NCBI RefSeq assembly: GCF_033153115.1
Contig: NW_026889758.1
Span: forward strand, 18,228,001 to 18,292,000
Length of the DNA stretch: 64,000 nt
Origin: Saccostrea echinata
Taxonomy: Eukaryota
Direction: 5' to 3'
The stretch's first letter is position 1. Each line of letters starts with the position of its first letter. The position numbers and the translations under genes were made by a program. Of the stretch, positions 40,257-51,082 are shown in pieces. The notes beneath the pieces were generated by a model. That model had not been told where the DNA came from. It was given only the letters and a program-made list of their open reading frames with translations, and ran no database searches.

Positions 40257-40879
40257 TAAAGTTGCAATCTAAAACCCCCGGGAAAGAGGTCCTCTAGATC
40301 TGTTTTAAAATATAGAAAATGACAATTAATATTATAGTGATACATGTGGATTTGTTTTTTTTACTAATTAATATTTTATGGCAAGGAAAATCATATTTCA
40401 TACTTTTAGATGAATCTATAATTTGTTGACCACCCATCACATCCCCCTTAAACGGGGAAAATGCTTTTAAAGACAACTTTGAAACTTAATTTTAAATTGC
40501 AAAAAATCAATTTTACAAATTTGAAATATTCAGACATGTGTAAGGTAGAAAATAGCTAATGTCCATTAAAATTGAAATGTAACTTTTTCCGGAAAGCTGG
40601 GCTTTCCTTTAGACCAATTCTTGTGTTATACAGTAATATTTACCTTTGCAAATGGTTTTTCCCTTTACATGTTTAATACTATTTGAACACCACATTCAAT
40701 TTATAATGTTTAATTAATGTTAGAAAAAATCTCTTCATGGTTTAAAAAATATAGTACGCAAAAATTTGTTATAAATCAGTCACAAATGTAAATACAAGTA
40801 ATAAGGTATCATTTTTTAACATTTATTTGCTCTTTGGGCTTTATGGGATTTGATCACATGACCAACACGTATTTACATC

Positions 40880-41215
40880 CCGATAACAGCCTCGTTAAAA
40901 GTCAGCATTTCGTAAACTTTATGGTCGTTATAATGACCTTGTTAGCAAATATAACCTATCAATGGGTCGTATTTTGGTTGACTTGTTTCATACCAATTGT
41001 TAGGCCCTTGTTTCTGTACTGAATTGATTACGGATAGTTCCGTCTACCTGATCAATTCATAGGGTTTACGGCGGGTGTGACAGGTTAACAGGGGATGCTT
41101 ACTCCTCTAGGCACCTGATCCCACCTCAGGAATTTCCAGGGATCCGTGTTTTATGACTTATTCACATATTTGTATTGTTTGGAGATCGACCACTGTTCGT
41201 TTTATTTACCTTTTA
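40880..41215 (+). mobile_element. Penelope-like 3' fragment
   Basis: KSAFRKLYGRYNDLVSKYNL...TNC* followed by the 3' UTR motif at about 41068-41148. Confidence 0.75.
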
Positions 41216-41976
41216 CATTTAAGAATGATACCTTATTTCTTGAGTGATCCTCCACTTAAAGAATATATTAAATGACAATGTTTTCTTTAAGGCTTATTCC
41301 ACCATTTAATTCCCAGGGGCTAAGATTGGTATTCAATACGTGCAGTATGTTTCAAGTTCTAAAATCAGTAGAGTATTTTGATTACCTTTGTATAAAATAT
41401 GCAGAAACCCTTTCATTAAAATCCCTTGGAACATTTTTTAGTCGTACGTTATATTACAGTAAAACTCCGACCTGTTTAATTTCATGTTTAATGAGAGAAA
41501 CCGTTTGGGTCCTTGTATGAACTCGATCCCCTGCATTGTCAAATGTAAACCTGTTGAAAGGCAAAGAGAGGTAATTCCATCTCTAGTTTTGAACGCTTTC
41601 GTTTTAAGTATTGCTATTTTGATCGAAAAGCTTTTGCACAGTTTTTTTTTTTTTAAATTAATCCTTTTTTTATCATACGAAGAGTCACAGTGCTCCCTCG
41701 ACAATTTTCACAGAAAAGATGGTGTGTCACATGGCCCCTTAGTAGATTGACAAAAAATAAATATCCGAAATTTAAGCTTATTTTTGCATATAATTAATCT
41801 TTGATATACATGTATGTACCTCCAGGAATACCACTTCTACAGAAAATATTTTATGCAAGATACATGATTTAATTTCCAGTTTCGGGTAGGGTACACTGAC
41901 CCGAATAAATTCCTCTCACTTGCTTTGGTATGCTGCTCGTAGCAATTTCGGCTGCGTTTATGTAAGTAGATAATAT

Positions 41977-43137
41977 AGAGGGTGTTGCAGAAACTCGTGA
42001 TTATTCCCTAAATCGAGAAGGTCATTTAAATACCCACGACGCATGAAGAGTTATCTCTAAATATAGATAAAGCTACGTAGATTGCTTTATTTATACAGCG
42101 GGTATGTCCAGCTTGTTATAACAAAACATTTCACATTTTATGTTAATATCATGCATACATTTTCCTAAATAGACTCGCACATCATTTTGAAAGATGTACT
42201 GTAAAAAGCGTGCGTTAATATTTTTCAATATACTAGTATACAAATGTGTTCAATAATTACGCTATTGATGCAATATCCAAGAAACTCCATTGAGTCATTT
42301 CAATTTAGTTGTTTCAAGTCAAATCTGAGCCACTAATTAATAGAACAATAATGAAACGAAATGCATATGAATAAATTAAATTATTTTAAATGATAGTACT
42401 TTATTTTTTAAGACATTGCCACTAAATAATAACATTAAATGTATGTCTTATTAGTTTTAGACACAATATCAAAGAAAACATTTTAATTTTGCATTTATTT
42501 AAAATATTACCCATTAACTTTCTGACATTCTCTACCTCTCTCTTTCTCTCTCAAGAGAGTTGTTACATTATACTTCCATTATAGTGTATAAGAAAAAAAT
42601 GTACATACCAGCCATGCCAGGATTCGAACCCATTCTCAGGTAAAAAAAAAAAAAAAAAAAGAATCTTCGCATAGAGGCCACACGCTTTACCACTAGAGCA
42701 GCTCCGACACTGAATTAGAGTGTGCTATTTTATGTACACACTTTTCATTTCGGGTGGATAATAATTTTTCTTCGATTTTTGTGAGTTTCAAAAATATGCC
42801 TCTTTGAAACAAAAATCGGAAATGGCAGTTTTGAAGAAAATTCCTGTCTCTTTATGCGTATATCAAATTCATTTTGTTTCAAGGAGGCAGTTTTTCAGAA
42901 CAATGGGGATTCCCTATTTGAAAAACAGAAAACTTGACTTATTTTGCTATGTGACTAATTTACACTTCTTTTAATGGCAAATTGGTAGTCGATATGCATT
43001 TTGCAAACATTGTTCTACATTGTGCTGTATATTCTGTTGTATCTGAAAAAAATTAAGACCGTTTTCTGTTACTTAAAAATTTTCTTTTAAACTGCTACAG
43101 CTTTATGGAAAATAACAAAAGAACTGCAACACCCTCT
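41977..43137. mobile_element. Non-autonomous DNA transposon with 14-bp TIRs, carrying a tRNA-like SINE head (about 42605-42710, minus)
   Basis: AGAGGGTGTTGCAG ... CTGCAACACCCTCT. Internal GGGTTCGAATCCTGGC B box on the minus strand. Confidence 0.65.
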
Positions 43138-43499
43138 TTATAGCTCTGTTAATTGTTGTGGTTTCGTATAAACTTAAACTGGTAGGTGTTTTCCTTTAAG
43201 TAAATATACCATCGATCATTATAATTTAGGATATTTTTATAGAGACTGCATTAGCTTGTACACAGGTTTTTCTTCGTGAAATAAGTTGGTCTATCTTGAG
43301 ACCAGATTGCTTTGTGTTTAGACATGCTAGATGCTTTTTTCAACTTAATAGGGGAATATTACATTCCAAGTTATTTCCCACATCAGACATAAGAAAGCGT
43401 TATCTATAATTAGGTAAAGTCTTACAAATACATTGTACATTGTATGTGAAAAAAAACAAATGAAAGTTATTCTTGGCAAAGCCCGAGCACAACGGATTT

Positions 43500-45060
43500 T
43501 AAAACATAATTCAATTCTTCACGATAAAACACGAGTTTGACTTCGTCATTTCGAGAGCAAAGAATTAAAAAGATTCTGATCTGCTTGAATATTCCCATAA
43601 AGCAATGGACGATACAAAATCAATGTAGTCCGCAGAGCTAATAGAACATCTAGCAAACTTTCGGAAAATTCTGTTGCAATCTGAAAACAAAAGACTAAAT
43701 TTCAATGATAGTTATTCTCTCAGTGATGAAAATTATTATAACTTGACAGGAATTTCTGAACCGCAGTTAAAAAAAAAATTAATGTTTAATTCGCATTTTG
43801 CGTAATAAAACGTACTCCAAGAAAACACTTGTTGGAATTCTATTAGCAATACTACGAAATGGTCTTTCAAATAATATACTAAAACTTTATTTGATATCGA
43901 TAAATCTTCTTGTATTTATAAAATCACCAAGAGTGTGAGAGAAGCTATGATGACCCAATTCGACCCATGTACAGGGGCTTCGACCATATCGACAATATCT
44001 CAAGGTGAAGTGATTCGCAATCACAGTACCATATTTGCGCTGGAACTTCTTCCATCCGTTGATTCAATTACCGCTATCCCTCTTCTCGATGGAACATATA
44101 TTTATATTGAAAAAAGTTCAGAATATTTTCAATGAAAGTCCTACAGTGTGTACAAAGGTAGTTCTCTTGTCAAACTAGTGATGGTTTTGGGTCCAACTTG
44201 TGGCATCCAACGGGTGCATTATTGACAACCTTGATCCGTAATTTGCAGATGAGATGAACAATGATGCCGCTATTCTAAACCAGTATTTATCCAAAAATGA
44301 AAACTATTTCAAAGTAGTCTGAGAAATGAGAATCTAGTTTTAGATTCTCTTGATGTGATCTAGTCGTTGTGATTACGAACAGATTCACCATATTTTCTGG
44401 GGAAAAACAAGTTTCTGTATCTAAAGCTAATGCATCTAGGTTATTGACCAAAATTAGATGTGCAGTTGAATCTTTAAATGGTAGATAAAATGATCGAAAT
44501 TCTTAGCAAATATAGTTTCAAATACACAGAATTATGTTTATTATCGATTATGTACGTATTGTGGGATCATTGATCATTGCATTCAGACCACCCATACCGT
44601 CTGATTCTGTGAGCAATTTAGAAATGTCACACAAAATGCTCAAAAAATCAAAAAATAATGTTAACCCTTTAAGGGATATGTTTATTAATTCCTCTGGCAA
44701 ACGAATATTATCAATGAAATTAACAAAAACGCGACCAGATGTTTCTGTTCTCTCAGAAGATTATCTTTGATTCCTCACCTATGGTGTATATCAAACAAAA
44801 AAGGCATTTTCTTATACACGTGAATATCTAGATGAAGACAGGGGTATGATATTTTTGTAGGAAAAATTTTGCCGAAAATAATACAGGGGAAAATATAGTT
44901 TAGACACGTATCCTCAAAATCATATTACATTGTATCTGTGGGCATATTTCGATTACGAGGATGAATTTGATACTATAAAATTTTGGTATTGCCAAAGTAA
45001 GTCGGAGTCGGGCAGTGGTCCAACATCATGATGCTTCTCTTCTTTGGTGTATAGGCATCC
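43500..45060 (+). pseudogene. Decayed DDE transposase (DDE_Tnp_4; Harbinger/ISL2EU/Kolobok-related) with a C-terminal SWIM-like remnant
   Basis: Fragments LDGTYIYIEKS, *KSYSVYKG.SLVK, NNDAAIL, ANASRLLTKIRCAVESLNGRIK, DYVRIVGSLIIAFRPP, TYGVYQTKKA and WYCQSKS..ASLLW, with many stops and frameshifts. Confidence 0.75.
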
Positions 45061-45103
45061 AGAGGCACAACAACATCACTTAACACTCAGATAATGCCAA
45101 AAA

Positions 45104-46275
45104 ATGTGTTGGATTTATGCCAGTGAACTTGAAATAAAAGACATCACAGAGTCTTCCACATCTGCTTCATATTTGGATGTTTTACTGACTATAGACGACA
45201 AAGGCCAACTAACAACTAAATTGTTTGACAAACAAGATGACTTCAGCTTTTCCATCGTCAACTTTCCTTATTTATGTAGTAATATTCCGCTATCACCTGC
45301 ATATGATGTTTATGTCTCCCAACATTTTTGCTTCTCAAGAGCATGCACTGAGTACGATCAATTTTTAAATCGAGGCAGGTTACTCACACATATGTAAGTT
45401 GATTTAACAGGGATTTCAACAACTTCGTTTTAAGTCAGTATTCCGTAAATTATATGGTCGATATAATGACCTTATAAGCAAATATCACCTATCAATGTGT
45501 CGTATTATGGCATACTTGTTTCCTACCAATTGTTAGACCTTTGTTTTTATACTAAATTTACTACGGAATGTTGTCGCTCGCGTGGCGCAGTGGTTAGAGC
45601 GTCTAGAGTCGCTCAGTAAGGTGTTGATCCTTACGTCGCAGATTCGAATCCACTGCGGGACGTGGACACCGATCCTTCGGATGAGACCGTTTCAACCGAG
45701 GTCCCCTGTCGCAGTAGGTGCTGGCACGAAAAAGATCCCTCCCTACTGAGAGGTCGTAAGTGCCGAGTACAGGTCTAAATTTGCAGATCTCCACCAGCAA
45801 GTAATGGCGTCTCAAGGGAGGTTTAACACACAAACAAACAAAAGCATTATCACCTGCATATGGAGTTCATATTTCCTAATTGACTCGATACGCTAGAGCA
45901 TGTTCTACGTACAAACAATTTCTAAAACGAGACAAGCTATTGACAAATAAGCTGATGATACAAGGATGTCAGCAGTTATTTTAAGGCAACGTTTTGCAAA
46001 TTCTACTGCCGATACAATGACCTTGATAGCAAATACAATCTATCATTTAGTTGAATATTAACTAAGGCTTTTCTTACAAATTGTCAGGCCATTATTTTCA
46101 CACTTTTGCACGATCATGGCAAAGAGCAAGCGGCGGATGACGGATGTGACTAGTCGACAGGAGAGGCTATTTGGCACCTGGTCCCAAATCTAATGTTCTT
46201 AGATATCCTTGTTTGCTCTGTTCCCAATTTGTATTGTTCGGATGGACTTTGAGCTTGATTACTGTTCGTTATCGT
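45104..46275 (+). mobile_element. Two Penelope-like 3' fragments (45104-45570 and 45846-46275) separated by a SINE
   Basis: ORF 45104..45397 (ELEIKDITESSTSASYLDVLL...FSIVNFPYLCSNIPLSPAY). The second piece carries the YARACS-like region and the 3' UTR. Confidence 0.75.
45573..45843 (+). mobile_element. tRNA-derived SINE, same family, internally deleted
   Basis: GTGGCGCAGTGGTTAGAGCG...ATTCGAATCC, CCTTCGGATGAGACC..AACCGAGGTCCC and a (CAAA)n tail. Confidence 0.8.
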
Positions 46276-46523
46276 CATATTTTACACACTGTATTTTCAA
46301 CATACAATATAATACAATAGAAACGTCACATTGGATATTGGTTAAAACTGTTTTATTTTTTTCTTTATAATCGTTTTCATTTTTGGGACAGTTTCCCTGG
46401 ACAGAGTACCAAATTATACAATGAACTCTAGAAAAAAATCTTTTGCAGACGTTTATGACCAACTAACAACTATATGACAAACGGGATGACCTCCGAGTAA
46501 GCTTTTCCATGGCCAATTTTTAC

Positions 46524-46690
46524 TTAAGGCTTATGAGAATAAGCTAAGTTTATGTTGAAAAGAATACCGTAACTTTAACATCTACCAGGTTAGGTTCTGA
46601 TGGTTACATTTAATTTGTTCAACGATTCTGATTGGATGTTATTTATAAACTAGATTCAGTGGCAGAGTGGATTGTAAACAGAAGTCTAAT
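46524..46690 (+). repeat. Ngaro terminal repeat A1
   Basis: Direct repeat of 51713-51879. Confidence 0.93.
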
Positions 46691-46852
46691 ATTTATTGCC
46701 CGTTTTCCACGGTCTTAAAATTCTAATTGTGACTGTGCATTGCGTGTACAGAATTATGTGAGATATGTGAACAATTTTAATACAGAAGTTGTATGTTTCC
46801 GTGATTTATAAACTGTAATCGTAGTTTGGAATTCAGAGACAGTTATCTCACA

Positions 46853-47443
46853 ATGGCGGATGGTAATTCAAGACCGCGCACTCGCCAGCGTCCATTACAA
46901 AATATGTCAAGTCGATGGGACGCTACTAACGTAAACAATTGGACAACTACACAGTTTCAAGAAGAACTTCTAAAATTAAACATTCGTGTCCCTGCTAATA
47001 TTGGAAAGGCGACTCTTAGAAAACTCTACTTGGAAAATGTAAACAGAACCCCCACGGTGAGAGAACGGCGGGAAAATGACTCGTCCCAAAATAGTCATCC
47101 TGATGAGCTTCCTAATTCCTCGACAGAAACACCCATTGTGTCCCAGTCTGAAGAAACTTCCAATATCGGAACATCTACACATACCGAGTTTACCGACCAG
47201 ACCGTCCAACGTGCTCAAACGCATATGAATTCGGGCTCGGAATCCTTGCGTAAAAATTCCAACATGGCCGCCAGTGTAAATAATCAAGTAATCAGCGGTA
47301 TGCTGAATACTATGAACACAATGCAACAAACCGTTATGGGTCTACAACAGACAGTGCTCCGACTGATGTCAGATAAGACGGGAAATACAGGAAATAGCAC
47401 AATGACACGGGTAATTCACTGGACACGGCGTATGCGGCCATGA
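46853..47443 (+). CDS. Ngaro Gag-like ORF, N-terminal part (probably frameshifted from the next ORF near 47400)
   Basis: ATG at 46853. LEM/SAP-like N-terminal helical motif (WTTTQFQEELLKLNIRVPANIGKATLRKLYLEN), a low-complexity linker and a coiled segment. The downstream frame is already open from about 47400 (NDTGNSLDTAYAAMRSQ). Confidence 0.7.
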   Translation: MADGNSRPRTRQRPLQNMSSRWDATNVNNWTTTQFQEELLKLNIRVPANIGKATLRKLYLENVNRTPTVRERRENDSSQNSHPDELPNSSTETPIVSQSEETSNIGTSTHTEFTDQTVQRAQTHMNSGSESLRKNSNMAASVNNQVISGMLNTMNTMQQTVMGLQQTVLRLMSDKTGNTGNSTMTRVIHWTRRMRP

Positions 47444-48255
47444 GGAGCCAGACTGTCCCAGCAACTCAGAATACAGGTGGGTATAGATTACCTCAGACAG
47501 AATTTGGTGTCCCCTCTGAAAACCTAACGCATTTAGACATTCTTGGGGATAAATTCAGACAGAAGATATGGGGGGGGGGGGAAGACGTGAATTTAGCAGT
47601 ATTGCTAATACCCAAATATGAGACAGAAAAGACGAAGAATATCACAATAAACTTGTTAAAATATGAGGATCCTCGACTCCATAAACAATTGACTATATCC
47701 GAATTTATTACTGCATTCGGACGATACAAGAGAGTCATGTGTCAAAAGTACCCTGAAAGGCAAGTTGAACTGGACAGGTACGAGGCTAACATAGCGGATA
47801 TTCATAACGTTTATGGTCAAAAGTTCTATGATTACCATTACCAGTTTTCTGCCAGAGCAGCCACAGCACTAAGAGACCATAATGTTAAGGTGGATTGGTC
47901 AGTTAAGGACTTGAATCTTATGATGATAGTGATGGGAAATGCTCAAGCCAATACCTGTAATACATGTTCATCAACCTTACACATGTCTGCTTTCTGTCCA
48001 AAAATATCTGAAAGTAGAATTCCAGTGATTACTTCATCTCCGTCACAAAACCCGAAGTCATCATCAATGGACAGATATGGACGACCAAGGACCATAATAG
48101 ATGGGAAAGAAGTGTGTAATAACTTTAACGAAAACAAATGCAAAAGACAAAATTGCCAGTTTGAACATCTGTGCACAACATGTCATTCTAAGGACCATGG
48201 ATCCTCATTATGTAAGAATGTTTCCAGAGTCCAGCCTAAGGTTGGAAAAAAGTGA
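47440..48255 (+). CDS. Ngaro Gag-like ORF, C-terminal part with Cys/His zinc fingers
   Basis: CNTCSSTLHMSAFC and CNNFNENKCKRQNCQFEHLCTTCHSKDHGSSLC (CCHC/CCCH-type knuckles), typical of Gag in YR retrotransposons. Confidence 0.82.
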   Translation: MRSQTVPATQNTGGYRLPQTEFGVPSENLTHLDILGDKFRQKIWGGGEDVNLAVLLIPKYETEKTKNITINLLKYEDPRLHKQLTISEFITAFGRYKRVMCQKYPERQVELDRYEANIADIHNVYGQKFYDYHYQFSARAATALRDHNVKVDWSVKDLNLMMIVMGNAQANTCNTCSSTLHMSAFCPKISESRIPVITSSPSQNPKSSSMDRYGRPRTIIDGKEVCNNFNENKCKRQNCQFEHLCTTCHSKDHGSSLCKNVSRVQPKVGKK

Positions 48256-48270
48256 CTAGAAAACAGGACA

Positions 48271-49497
48271 ATGATGACAGATGATCTCCTAACAACGCCT
48301 GTAAGCATTAAAGTTTTAACACATGAACTTTTCCATCATCCTGACAAAGAATTTGCGAAATATTTGTGTGATGGTTTTACTTATGGCTTTGATACTATGA
48401 TTTCTAATGCAGATGCTGATTCAGAAACCTTAGAATGTAGAAATCTTCTGTCGGCTAGAAATCAGCCAGAAATAGTAGATAAATTAGTGAAGACAGAAGT
48501 GGAAAAAGGTTTCGTGGTAGGTCCACTAGAGTCACTTCCATTCCCAAAATACAGAGTAAGCCTAATAGGCGTGGCAATTGGGAAATATTCAGGGAAACCA
48601 AGGCTTATCATGGACTTATCATCCCCTCATGATAACGAGCATCATGCCAGTGTCAATTCCATGATAGATAAAGAAAACTGTTCTCTGTCTTATGTTAAAA
48701 TAGATGACGCCATACGAATTATTCAGACTCTAGGACGTGGGACCACTATGTGCAAAACAGACATTTCCGATGCCTTTAAACTTGTCCCGGTTCTACCCGA
48801 ACAGTGGCATATGTTTTGTTTCAAATGGAGATCACAATATTATTACTATACAAAATTATCATTTGGTTGCAGATCAAGTCCAAAGATATTTGACAATCTT
48901 TCACAAGCAGTGTGCTGGATAGCGTATAACAATTATGGAATCAAATATATTCTACATCTATTAGATGATTTCATCACTTTCGAACATCCTGAAAATGACG
49001 GTGAAACAAACATGAATTTGTTGTATTATATCTTTCAAACTCTCAATATACCAATGGCTCTGCATAAAACCGAAGGACCTACCACGTGCTTAGAGTATTT
49101 AGGCATCATTTTAGACTCACAGTTAATGGAAGCCAGACTCCCAAATGAGAAATTCCAAAGAATAACAGAATTCCTTCACAAATTTCAATCACGCAAATCT
49201 TGTACGAAGAGAGAACTTCTGCAGCTACTGGGCCATTTGAACTTCGCCAGCCGTGTCATCCTCCCAGGAAGGTCTTTTGTTTCCCATCTTATTGCCCTAT
49301 CCACCACCGTTAAACAACTGCATCATTATGTGAAAATAAACGAACAATGTAGGGAAGACATGCAAATGTGGCTGAGTTTCTTAAGCAATTGGAATGGCAT
49401 TAATCTATTTTATAGTATGTCTCAGATTACATCAGAGGAACGAACTAAATCTTTATACAGATGCTTCTGCAACGGTAGAATATGGAGGGTTCTTTAA
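48271..49497 (+). CDS. Ngaro reverse transcriptase
   Basis: RLIMDLS, KTDISDAFKLVPV, LSFGCRSSPKIF, HLLDDF and YLGIILDS motifs of DIRS/Ngaro RT. Confidence 0.92.
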   Translation: MMTDDLLTTPVSIKVLTHELFHHPDKEFAKYLCDGFTYGFDTMISNADADSETLECRNLLSARNQPEIVDKLVKTEVEKGFVVGPLESLPFPKYRVSLIGVAIGKYSGKPRLIMDLSSPHDNEHHASVNSMIDKENCSLSYVKIDDAIRIIQTLGRGTTMCKTDISDAFKLVPVLPEQWHMFCFKWRSQYYYYTKLSFGCRSSPKIFDNLSQAVCWIAYNNYGIKYILHLLDDFITFEHPENDGETNMNLLYYIFQTLNIPMALHKTEGPTTCLEYLGIILDSQLMEARLPNEKFQRITEFLHKFQSRKSCTKRELLQLLGHLNFASRVILPGRSFVSHLIALSTTVKQLHHYVKINEQCREDMQMWLSFLSNWNGINLFYSMSQITSEERTKSLYRCFCNGRIWRVL

Positions 49498-49918
49498 AGG
49501 AAACTGGTTCTCCGAGCCTTGGACAGATGAAGTTAAACAATTATGTGATAGTGATACAGAATTATCAATTGCTTTCTTTGAGTTATATCCCATTGTTGTA
49601 GCTTCCATTCTCTGGGGTCATATGTGGAAGAAACAAAGAATAGTTTTTATGTGTGACAATTCGGCAACGGTAGCAATCTTAAATAACGGAAGATCAAAGT
49701 CTGTACATATTATGCCGTTAATGAGACGATTAACTCTTGTGTCTGCTCAACATAATTTTGTATTCTCTTCAATTCATGTTCCTGGTAAACAAAATACTAT
49801 AGCAGATGCTTTATCACGTTTACAGATTTCGAAGTTTCGCAGTCTGGTACCCAGTGCCCAAGAGCATGCAACCAAAGTACCACCACCCAAAGATGTTTTG
49901 TGGAGCTCGAAGACGTAG
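49394..49918 (+). CDS. Ngaro RNase H domain (separated from RT by a 1-nt frameshift near 49440)
   Basis: LYTDAS, FELYPI, CDNSATV and NTIADALSR motifs. Confidence 0.88.
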   Translation: MALIYFIVCLRLHQRNELNLYTDASATVEYGGFFKGNWFSEPWTDEVKQLCDSDTELSIAFFELYPIVVASILWGHMWKKQRIVFMCDNSATVAILNNGRSKSVHIMPLMRRLTLVSAQHNFVFSSIHVPGKQNTIADALSRLQISKFRSLVPSAQEHATKVPPPKDVLWSSKT

Positions 49919-50871
49919 TACAACAATTATGGACAAATGCCGTAGCACCAAGCACAAGATCCACTTATAGGTCTGCGTTCCATATGTACGTTCAATTTTT
50001 ATTGATGTCATGTGCCATTTCTAGTGCATATACTTCGGACATCCCAGTGACTGAAGACTATTTGATATACTTTGTAGCTCACTGTGTTAGTAGGCTTAAG
50101 CTAAGCTTTTCAACCATTAAGCTGTATTTGTGTGGTATTAAATTTATATGTCTTGAAAGCAACATTGCTTACCCAGATGTCACCAATCTGTCTCGACTTA
50201 AAGCATTGTTAAATGGTGTCAAACGAATGCAGTTACCATCTTGTAAGCTAAGACATCCTATAACTTTTGACATACTGAAAAAAGTTTGTATATATTTTCG
50301 TAGAACAGAAAGTTTTAGAAATTTTATGTTAGAAACTGTATGTACTATAGCATTTTTTGGTTTTTTAAGGTGTGGGGAATTTACCATTAAGGATTCTTTT
50401 GACCCCACAACAAACTTATGTGTTAGTGACCTTAGTGTTCTAGAAAGTTGTGTATTGTTAAATCTTAAGATCTCAAAAACTGATCCTTTTAGAAAAGGAA
50501 TTACAATTAAACTGTTCCCCACAAGCAACATAATATGTCCATTTTCAATATGTTGTAAATATTTAAAAGCACGCTGTTCCTTGCCCTTTTCAGCCAAGCA
50601 ACCATTATTTGTAAATAGCGATGGAAATGCTCTAACAAGAACTGAATTTATTTCTGAACTTAAGCATGCTCTTAAATGTATTGGATGTAATTCAGATGTA
50701 TATAATGGACACTCATTCAGGATAGGGTCAGCAACCACTGCAGCTGCTGTCCATATGGAAGACCATTTAATCAAGGTGTTAGGTAGATGGTCTTCTGATG
50801 CTTATTGTAGATATATTAGAACACCAGAAACTGTTTTACGAGAGGCACAAAAGTCAATGACAACTGTTTAA
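49900..50871 (+). CDS. Tyrosine recombinase (phage-integrase family) of the Ngaro element
   Basis: GFLRCGEF (R), KISKTD (K), GHSFRIGSAT (H-x-x-R) and LGRWSSDAYCRY (W, Y) catalytic set. Intact 323-aa frame. Confidence 0.93.
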   Translation: MELEDVVQQLWTNAVAPSTRSTYRSAFHMYVQFLLMSCAISSAYTSDIPVTEDYLIYFVAHCVSRLKLSFSTIKLYLCGIKFICLESNIAYPDVTNLSRLKALLNGVKRMQLPSCKLRHPITFDILKKVCIYFRRTESFRNFMLETVCTIAFFGFLRCGEFTIKDSFDPTTNLCVSDLSVLESCVLLNLKISKTDPFRKGITIKLFPTSNIICPFSICCKYLKARCSLPFSAKQPLFVNSDGNALTRTEFISELKHALKCIGCNSDVYNGHSFRIGSATTAAAVHMEDHLIKVLGRWSSDAYCRYIRTPETVLREAQKSMTTV

Positions 50872-51082
50872 TACCTTGTCACCTGACACTTATTTTCAGT
50901 TTTAGGTTTAGTTGACCTTTGTCAGATAATTGCATACAATTTTCGTTTTTTCAGCATTAAGAACTTTTATGTTTTATATTAGGATGTACATGTATATCAT
51001 TTCTATTCAGTATTATTAATATTGCATTTTTGGGGGCACTCAGCTTCATTTCGATTGCAACTACATTCACCTGAGTTTTGGC

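Noticed and set aside
46976-50774. Antisense ORFs (117 aa, 201 aa and others) within the Ngaro element
   Set aside because: They are shadows of the sense-strand coding sequence and carry no motifs.
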